Of a DNA stretch of 64,000 bases, positions 56,050 through 64,000 are shown one piece after another. Position numbers and translations under genes: made by a program. Within the stretch, counting starts at the first letter, position 1. Each line of letters opens with the position of its first letter. The DNA comes from Blastocladiella emersonii ATCC 22665 (Eukaryota; Fungi; Blastocladiomycota): assembly GCA_025594325.1 (NCBI GenBank), contig JANHCV010000003.1, forward strand, positions 2,578,355 to 2,642,354. Reading direction: 5' to 3'. The notes beneath the pieces are model-generated. The model worked only from the letters and a program-made list of their open reading frames with translations, was not told the origin of the DNA and ran no database searches.

Positions 56050-59000
56050 ACGACGTCCAAAAAGCTTTCCGACGTGTTGCGCGCGTCGCACACGGCGCTG
56101 CTCGCCCTGCTCACGGCGTGCCTGCGCACGCGGTCCGCGCCTGCGTCGTGGAAGTCGGGCCTCATCTACCTGATCCCCAAGTCGAGCACCGGGATCACGG
56201 ACCTTGCCACCAACTCGCGCCCCATCACGCTGCTCGAGACCGCGTCTAAGGTGCTCATGAAGATCCTGCTCGATCGCATGCACCCGGTCCTGCGCGAGCA
56301 CGACGTCCTGCAGGGCGCGCGGTACTCGGCGATCCCGGGCACCGACACGACGACGCCGATCGCGATCCTGCACGCCGCCGCGCTCAAGGCGCGCATCGAG
56401 GACGGTCCGCTGTGGGCCTACTTCGAGGACAAGTCCAAGGCTTTCGACTCGGTGCCGCACGCCCTGCTCAAGCGCGCCATGCGGCGCATCCGGCTGCCGC
56501 CCGAGTTCGTCGACTTCTACTTTGACGGCATGCTGCACGGGCGCACGGCGCGCGTGCTCACGGCGTACGGCCTGTCCGACGAGGTCCGCATCGAGCGCGG
56601 GTTCCCGCAGGGCGCCGTCGAGTCGCCGCTGCTGTGGAACCTCTTCTACGACGTGTGCCTGTGCGAGATCAACCGGCTCCCGGTCGAGACGGGCGACGCC
56701 GACCACGACGAGGACGCGCGCGGGTTCGGCATCACGCTCAAGGCCGGGTCGGGGCTGCGCCACGTCGGGCCCAACCGCGGGTTTGCGGCGCCGCCGTTCA
56801 CGTTTCGTGCGTCGCACCGCCAGCTCGACACGCTCCGCGTCGCCGCCGTCGCCTACATGGACGACGCCGTCTTCTATGCATCGGACCGCGACCACCTGCA
56901 ACGTATCGTCGACATTGTGGACGACTTCAACAGGCTCACGCGCCTCAACGCGAACCCGGCCAAGGGTGCGGTCCTCCGCATGCTCTCCAAGTGGGACGGC
57001 GGCGCGCTCACGGGCGGGCCCAACGACCCGCGGAACGCACCCCTCGTCGTGCGCGGCGTCGCCGTCCCCTTGGTCAGCAAGTCGTTCCGCTACCTGGGCG
57101 TGTTCATTGACCACGCCATGCTCGGCCGCGGAGCAGCAAATACGTGCCTCGCCCTGCTCAAGGATCGCCGCATCACGGGCAAGGCCGCCGTGTACCTGCT
57201 CAACGCCGTCTTCTTCACCGCCGCGGCGTACCGCTCGCTGTTCCGCGTGCCGTCGCTCGCGCAGCTCGACCGCATCGACCAGTCGGCGTGCGCGCTCGTG
57301 CTCTGCAAGTTCAAGCCGCCCCGCACGTTCCCCACGGCCATGCTGCACGACCGCGACATCATTGGCCTGCACTCGCTCGCCGACCTGATCACGCAGCAGC
57401 ACGTCGCCGACCTGTGCGTGATGCTCAACGACCCGCGCCCGCACGGCGTGCCCGCGCGCCACGAGCTCAGCATTCTCCAGCTCCAGACGCAGTGCGCGCT
57501 CTCGCCGCTCGAGCGACCCGACCTCGCACTCGTGCCCATGTCCAACCAGTTGCCGTGCGTGTGCTTCGACAACCTGCTGCTGCTCATGCGGCGGCGCAAG
57601 ATGTCAATCGTGGACCGCCTCCGCGACTACAACCTCATCGTCGCCGGCAACTGCACGCCCACGGTCCTCGTCGTGCCTGACATGACGCTGCGCGGCAAGT
57701 AGAACCAGGACCGCGTCTGGACCAAGAACCTGATCCGGTGGCTGCCCCTGTACACGCTCGAGACGCTGCTCGAGTACCCGCCCGACAACGACGACGGCCT
57801 CGTCGGACGCAAGTACACGCTGCCGATGCTCCGCGGCATGAAGTCCAAGGACGTGAAGCAGCTTGTCAAGGAGTTCCCCGTGCCGCTCACGGACAAGGGC
57901 AACGCACACATGAACGCCGACGACCGCCGCGTCGCCCGGATCATGCTCGACGTGGCGAACCGCAACCACGCCCAGATCACGGACATCAGCCACGGGCAGG
58001 AAATGTACCCGCCCGCGCCCGCCAGCGCGTCGCCGCTCGTCTTCCGCCACACCCGCCCCCGCCCCGCCGCCGCGCTCGTCGATCCTGTCCGCGCCATCGG
58101 GTCTGAGATCCTCCCCACCCCGCGCGGCATCGTCGTCGCGTACACGGACGGCTCGTACTACGCGGACCGCCCGGGCCCCGAGGGCGTCACGCGTGCGGGC
58201 TCCGCCGCCGTGTTCTCGCTGCCCGACGGCTACGACACGGCCAAGCGCTTCGCCGCCGAGTGCCGCGCGGTCGCCAACGGCGTCATGGACGACGACATGG
58301 GCCACATCGCCCCCACCAAGCTGCCGCCCGGCCCGTTCTCGTCGACGCGCGCCGAGATCCACGCGTTCGTCCTCGCCGTGTCGCAGGTCGCCGCCGGGAC
58401 CGCGCTGCACATCTACTCGGACTCGCAGGCCGCCATCGAGGCCGCGCGCACACAGCTCTCGCCGACGTCGACGGTGCGCCAGCGCGTCCCGTGCGCATCG
58501 AGCGACCTGTGGTCCGCACTCCGCCTCGCGCTGCGCGACCGCAACGTCACGGTCCCCTTCTCGTGGGTCCGCGGCCACGCCGACGACCCGACCACGCCCA
58601 ACAACGTCGCCGACCGCGCCGCCAAGGCCGCGGCGAACCAGCCGCCCGCCACCGACGCGTACCTTTCGAAACGCACGCGCACCGAGTCGGACCTCCACCA
58701 CGTCCCCGCCTTTTTCGACCACGAGATTGGCAGCGACCCGCGCGAGTTCATGCGCGACCTCGCGCAGGCCGAGTGCCGCGACGCGGTGCTCACCGAGAAC
58801 GTGGCGCACCTCGCGCTCGCGCCGCCGCCGCCGCCCGCGCCCGAGCCTGGACCCGCCAACGCCGCTGCGGCCGCTGCTGTGTTCGCGACCCGCGTCGCGG
58901 CGATCCCTGCCTGGGCAATCGCGCGCCGCGACGCAAAGGAGGTCGGCCAGCCGATCCCGGGCGAGGACGCGCTGCTGCCGCCTCTCAACTTGCCCGACGC

Positions 59001-59226
59001 CGCCGCGATCCGCCTGTCCTTCTGCGCCATCATGCGCGGCGCGATGCACGCGTGTCGCGAGTTCCGGCAGCCCGGCCGCCGCCGCCGCAGCGACCGCGCT
59101 CCACCCGCTCCCGTCCCCGCACCGCCTCGCCGCTCAGCTGTGCGACGCTGCCGCACCGAACGGGCGCGCCTGCTCGCGCCCACGCGCCAGCGCCCCCGCG
59201 GTGAGACCCGCAACCACCTGCAGGGC
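56050..59226 (+). mobile_element. 5'-truncated, decayed non-LTR (LINE-like) retroelement: RT, RNase H and frameshifted C-terminal Zn-knuckle remnant
   Basis: RT: WKSGLIYLIPK, RPITLLE, DKSKAFDSVPH, RGFPQGAVESPLLW, YMDD, FRYLGV. In-frame TAG at 57700-57702. RNase H: YTDGS, STRAEI, IYSDSQAA, WVRGH...NNVADRAA. No endonuclease domain seen upstream. Ends approximate. Confidence 0.88.
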
Positions 59227-60180
59227 CAGGGCCGCGCCGACGTCGGGCTCGTCGGCAACACGTTCGCGCTCGCCGCCGCCGGGTACACGTCGACGGTCGA
59301 CGCGCTGCAGTTTCTCCGCCACTTGGCCAGCGAGCGCGAGTACACTGCCCTCAACGCCGTGGCCGAGGAGCTCGCGCACGTCAAGACGGTGTGGGCGCTC
59401 AAGGGCGACGCGGTCAACGACCAGCTCGCGGCGCTGTCGCGCGCCATCTTCGCGCCCGCGGCGCACCGCGTCGGGTGGGACTTCCCCGAGGGCGAGTCGC
59501 AGCTCGACGCGCTGCTCGACGCGCTGCTCCGCCAGCTCGTCGTGTTGGTGGCCTGGCTCAGCGGCGACAAGGAGGTGGTGGCCCAGGCCAAGGCGCGCTT
59601 CGCCCGGTTCCTCCAGGGCGACGCCACGGCCGTGCACCCGAACCTGCGCGGTGCCGTGTACGTGATCGTGCTCAAGAACGCGGCTGTCGGCTCGCGCTCC
59701 GAGTTCGACGCCGTCAAGGCCATCTGGGAGAACGAGTCCCTGTCGGCCGACCAGCGCCTTGCGGCGCTCGGCGCGCTTGGCCGCGTCCCCGACACCAAGT
59801 TCATGGCCGAGCTGCTCGAGTACTCGTTTAAGGGCGGCAAGGTGCGCCCGCAGGACTTCATGTACCCGCTGCGCTCGGTTGCGGGCAACCCCAAGGGCCG
59901 CGCGCTCGCGTGGAAGTTTGTCCAGGACAACTAGGCCCAGCTCGAGGCGCAGTTCAAGGGCTCGCTGTCGCTCCTCGCGCACTGCGTCGGCATCGCCGCC
60001 GACTGGGCCGACGCCGAGTTCGCGGACCGCGAGGTCGAGGGCTTCTTTGCCGGCAAGGACATCAAGCACGTCGACCGCGCCATCCAGCAGACGCTCGAGA
60101 AGATCCGCGCCCAGGCCACCTGGCTCAACCGCGACCGCGACGCCGTCGCCGCCAGGCTCGCCGCCAACGTCCAGAACTAG
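59227..60180 (+). pseudogene. 3' fragment of an M1 (puromycin-sensitive/Ape2-like) aminopeptidase, ERAP1-like C-terminal domain only
   Basis: VGLVGNTFALAAAGYTST, VHPNLRGAVY, KVRPQD, GRALAWKFVQDN*AQL (TAG at the conserved Trp, 59932-59934), RAIQQTLEKIRAQATWLNRD. No catalytic HEXXH domain. Confidence 0.85.
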
Positions 60181-60426
60181 GCCGATGCCGCGCGGGATCA
60201 GATCGAGATGAGGGGGAAGAAGAGTTTTGTAACGGTGCAATGTAAGAAAACGGGTTTTGCTGACCAATCGGCGACCCATCGGCAAGAGAACGAACAGCCC
60301 GCGCGACGAGGTCGAGCGAGCGGCGGGCGCGAAGCAGAGGCGACGCGGCAGCCTGCGCGGCACCTCGCAATCCACTCTCTCCCCGCCTCAGCGCTCTTCC
60401 AACCTCACGCCAAAGCACTTGCAGCA

Positions 60427-61221
60427 ATGGAAGATAATGAACAGGAGCTACCTATTGAACTCATCGAGAACATCTTGGTGCAGGCCGTCCGAGCCGACGG
60501 CGACGCGACCAACTACCCGGCCTACTTTGCCGTTCTGGCGCCGCCCAGTCCGGCGCTCTGCGCGGTCGCCGAGTACCGCCTCAAGAATGAGCTTAATTTT
60601 GTCCTGCATGCCGCCATAACGCAACCCCACCGCGCCCTGCTCGACCTGTGGCGCTACCTCGACCTGCCCGTGCGCGCTGTGATCACGTCGCCGCTGATCA
60701 GTGACCTCTGCCGTGACGGCCACGCCGACGTACTCGAGTGGATCGTGCGCGCGAGCGGGCCCCTCTGGCACTACACGGTGCACGCCATGAACTTCGCGTC
60801 CATGAACGGCCACGTCAACGTGCTCGAGTGGTGGAGGACGTCGGGCAACCCGCCCATGTACTCGCAGCTCGCCTTCACGGGAGCCGCCAAGAACGGGCAC
60901 GTCGCGGCACTCCAGTGGTGGCGCGACTCGGGGCTACACGTCGGCGGGTTCACGGACAAGATCATGGACGTGGCGTCCGAGTTCGGGCAGGTCGCAGTGC
61001 TCGAGTGGATGCTGCGCGAGTCCGGGTGGCCCGTCGAGTACTCGACGGCGGCGGTCGACGCGGTCGCGGCGGCTGGGCGAATGGAAGCGCTGCGGTGGTG
61101 GAGCAGCTCAGGGCCCCCGATAAAGGCGTCAGGGAAGGGGATCACCGAAGCGAGGAGATACGGGCACGCCGCCGTCGTTGCGTGGTGGCGAGAGGCGGGC
61201 CTGCCGGATCCAGACGCGTGA
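60427..61221 (+). CDS. Ankyrin-like repeat protein (ASxxGHvxVLEWW repeats) with N-terminal LPIELIENIL motif
   Basis: Repeats ASMNGHVNVLEWW, AAKNGHVAALQWW, ASEFGQVAVLEWM. Intronless. Confidence 0.85.
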   Translation: MEDNEQELPIELIENILVQAVRADGDATNYPAYFAVLAPPSPALCAVAEYRLKNELNFVLHAAITQPHRALLDLWRYLDLPVRAVITSPLISDLCRDGHADVLEWIVRASGPLWHYTVHAMNFASMNGHVNVLEWWRTSGNPPMYSQLAFTGAAKNGHVAALQWWRDSGLHVGGFTDKIMDVASEFGQVAVLEWMLRESGWPVEYSTAAVDAVAAAGRMEALRWWSSSGPPIKASGKGITEARRYGHAAVVAWWREAGLPDPDA

Positions 61222-61517
61222 GCACCAGTTTTCGTCTGCTGCCGACGTTGCCCGCATCAACAATCAACACGGGTCCGAATACAACTGAGGGCCACCTGGT
61301 TTCTCTCCCTTTGATTCGAAATGTCTCCCGATCTTGAAGTAGCTGCGCGATACCAAACCCTTGAGAGCCACCCAACGCACCGTTTCGACCGACCGCGTTG
61401 CGCCACACTGGGCCGTCACGCAGCATCAGATGATCCGTGTTGAAGCGCTGTTCGATGCGACCCTCGCTCCAGGAACCGCGCAACTCGCTCTCATTCCTCC
61501 TGCAACGTTGCACAGTC

Positions 61518-62348
61518 ATGAGATCCAATGAACAAAGGCTACCCACCAAGCTGATCGAGTCAATCCTCGCGCACGCCGTCCAGCTTGGTAGCGACACGGC
61601 GCACATTGCAGCGTACTTTGCTGTGACCTCGCCGCCTGGCCCCGTGCTTCGTGCACTCGACAGGTCGCGGCTCGCGCAGCAACCCAGCTCCGTCTTCAAC
61701 GCCGCCGTCGAGTGTGGGAACGTTGCCGTGCTTGATCTGTGGCGCGCGCTTAACGTACCGCTTCCCGTCGATCCCACGCGGATCGCCAACGCGGCGAGCG
61801 AACACGGCCACGTAAACGTGTTGGCGTGGCTCGCCAGCTGGAACTGTACTGAGCTCGAGTATAACGTGCACGCCGTGGCGTTTGCATCGATCAACGGCAG
61901 CACAAACGTGCTCGAGTGGTGGCGTATGTCAGGGTACCCGCTCAGGTTCACCCAACGCGCGATCCGCGGCGCTGCGCGCAACGGGCACATTGGGACGCTG
62001 CAGTGGTGGCGCGACTCGGGGCTCCTTGCTGACAAGATGACCTTGAACCTCATGGACGCCGCGTCCAAGGTTGATGTACTCAACTGGCTGCTGCGCGAGT
62101 CGAGGTGGCCCGCCTTGTACTCTGAGGCGGCCGCGGACGATGTCGCGGCTACTGGGCGGATCGACGTGCTGCGCTGGTGGCGCAACTCAGGCCTTCCACT
62201 CAAGGCGTCGACCAAGGGCATGGCGAGGGCGAGGAAACGCGGACGCGCTGATGTGATTGCGTGGTGGCACGAAGCGGGGCTTGCCGAGCTTGATGAGGAT
62301 ACTGCCACTGGTTTTGATTCTGAGTCCAAATCAATGTACTGGCGATGA
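61518..62348 (+). CDS. Ankyrin-like repeat protein, tandem paralog of 60427-61221
   Basis: LPTKLIESIL, ASEHGHVNVLAWL, ASINGSTNVLEWW, AARNGHIGTLQWWRDSG. Colinear with the upstream paralog. Confidence 0.85.
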   Translation: MRSNEQRLPTKLIESILAHAVQLGSDTAHIAAYFAVTSPPGPVLRALDRSRLAQQPSSVFNAAVECGNVAVLDLWRALNVPLPVDPTRIANAASEHGHVNVLAWLASWNCTELEYNVHAVAFASINGSTNVLEWWRMSGYPLRFTQRAIRGAARNGHIGTLQWWRDSGLLADKMTLNLMDAASKVDVLNWLLRESRWPALYSEAAADDVAATGRIDVLRWWRNSGLPLKASTKGMARARKRGRADVIAWWHEAGLAELDEDTATGFDSESKSMYWR

Positions 62349-63879
62349 GCAGTGAAGTGGATCTGTACTTGAGCAAACCGCTGGAGTTTGATCAGCAGCA
62401 AGAAGCAAGCCTGAGTCGAAACCAACTGACGCGAGCGACGGCATTCACGCGCTGCTTCAACAGCGCGGTCTACACTGACCGAGTTACCTCGGGCAAGCGG
62501 GTTGGGACCGCTGCGCGGGGATGAGCTATCTGATCTCAGCAGCGACTCGGTCGCGTACAAGATTCGCGAGTTCGCCAGCTAGATGAAGGGCAGGTTTGAG
62601 AGTGAGCAGCGGCAGCGATAGCCAAGATTGGTGGGGACGTCAAGGGGTTGCAGCACGTACTGCCACAAAACATAACAGGCGCGGCTGCAGCAAGGAGGTC
62701 GCGTTGGTAGTCGCGTGATGCTCGCTCAAGGCCGCAGCAGCCAATATCGCTGGGCGAAGCCAAAATTTTTCTGCGACAGGCTGATGCTTTTCCCAAGCTG
62801 CAGAGACCCGCGGGTGTATTGGTACGCGAAACGGCATCAAGCGATGAGTCCCCAAACGGTGCGCAGCGGCGCGTGTTTGTATTATTAAGCCGCAGACCAT
62901 CAAGTCGCGTGGAATGGCACGAACCAGTAGAGGGGCTTGGCAGTGTGCGCTTGAAGGCGTAGCAGGTCATGGATGTGTTTCGCAAAGAGCGTGAGATTGT
63001 GGTCGCGGCCAGCTTAGTTAGAGGTGCCCGAGTCCCGACGCCACGCAGCTAAGTATGAGGAGCTGGCCGTAAATGAGGTCTCGCCGATGAGCGCGAGCAC
63101 AGCATCGTGGTCTTCGCCCGCAACGAACGCGGCGACGGCGGGCCGTTACCATACACGCACGGAAGTGGCGCGTTAGGAGACTCAAGAAGCTGCAACGACA
63201 CGAACATGCACCACTCAGCCAGCCCATCGTCAACAGGGAGGACCTCAAGCGTGGTAGTAAACCCGTGATCACCCCCAAGGCGGGCCAACACGAACAGCGG
63301 GATGGGTGGCGCGGAACACAACAACACTTGCTTCGTATTCCTGCGTTTGCTGTGACACGTGTTTAGTGCACGAACATGGTGGAGTCGCACGCGAGCACGA
63401 CATCAGCAAGTTTGCAAACGCCACAATCGCCGCCGAACCCGCCCGCGGACCAGGATCTCCTTGCCAATCACGTCGTAACTCATTTGCATCAGGTTACATT
63501 GAGAGTAGTGATATCCAGTGTGTCGAACCAACAATGGAAGAGTCGAGTCCCGGAGTGACAGCGGCGCGAAGTCATTGGTCGGCAGGTGTGGCGCCGTTGG
63601 ATCACGCGATCGAACCGCCAGTCGCGTCAAGACGCGTCAGCCAGGAGATTTGGTAGATCGAATGCCGGCGAAGGCGATGAAGGGGGTCTGTTAAAGCTTG
63701 AGATTCATGTCACTGATTGCAACCAGACGATGCAACGGGATGCAGCTAGTGGCGAGGTGTGAAGATGAAAGACGGCGCTGGCTGGTCTGAAAATGCGCGC
63801 GAGCTTCGTTTCCGCAGCGACGGGTTCGCCGCTCAATCACACCCCGTCTGAACAGGACATTTTGGGTACAGATACGGGT

Positions 63880-63965
63880 GAAAGGAGAAGGAAAGAGGGA
63901 GGAAAAGGGGGAAGAGAAGGAGAGAAAGGAAGGGGGAGGGAGGGAGGGAGGGGGGAAGGGGGGAC
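63880..63965 (+). repeat. Polypurine (G/A) tract with G-runs
   Basis: GAAAGGAGAAGGAAAGAGGG...GGGGGAGGGAGGGAGGGAGGGGGG is directly visible. Confidence 0.7.
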
Positions 63966-64000
63966 ACTTTGAACCGCCATATCTCCCTCGGCTTTTGTCC

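Noticed and set aside
57700-60180. TAG reassignment or read-through making the RT-peptidase ORF intact
   Set aside because: TAG terminates ordinary genes here (e.g. EKI1 at 10092, TMEM223-like at 39381), and the element also shows a frameshift and 5' truncation.

Overview
Very GC-rich eukaryotic DNA with short spliceosomal introns (mostly 56-70 nt; GTACG/GTGCG/GTCCG donors, CTGAC/CTAAC/CTCAC branch sites, (T/C)AG acceptors). Gene content and style suggest an early-diverging zoosporic fungus, probably Blastocladiomycota (inference, not proven). About 24 protein genes were reconstructed by hand; most long ORFs in the track are antisense or off-frame shadows. (1) Main signal, 1-21.5 kb: four paralogous histidine-kinase-like genes of CHASE-PAS-HisKA type. 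All keep the phospho-His box (HELRNP), but the ATP-binding N/G1/G2 boxes are replaced by a conserved non-canonical motif. One member lacks the sensor and has two tandem pseudo-HATPase domains; another lacks the receiver. (2) An 11-exon, ~1550-aa membrane receptor with two bacterial-type periplasmic-binding (Venus-flytrap) domains, ~8-9 TM helices and a frame-essential 5-nt micro-exon. (3) A decayed non-LTR retroelement (RT + RNase H) joined in frame to an M1 aminopeptidase C-terminal fragment, followed by two ankyrin-like paralogs and a lower-GC tail. Housekeeping genes: FAD1, EKI1, MCR1, PER1, OPI3, MVD1, a RasGEF, and TMEM223-like, RMP1/NEPRO-like and REEP/Yop1-like genes. No tRNA, rRNA or CRISPR array was recognised.
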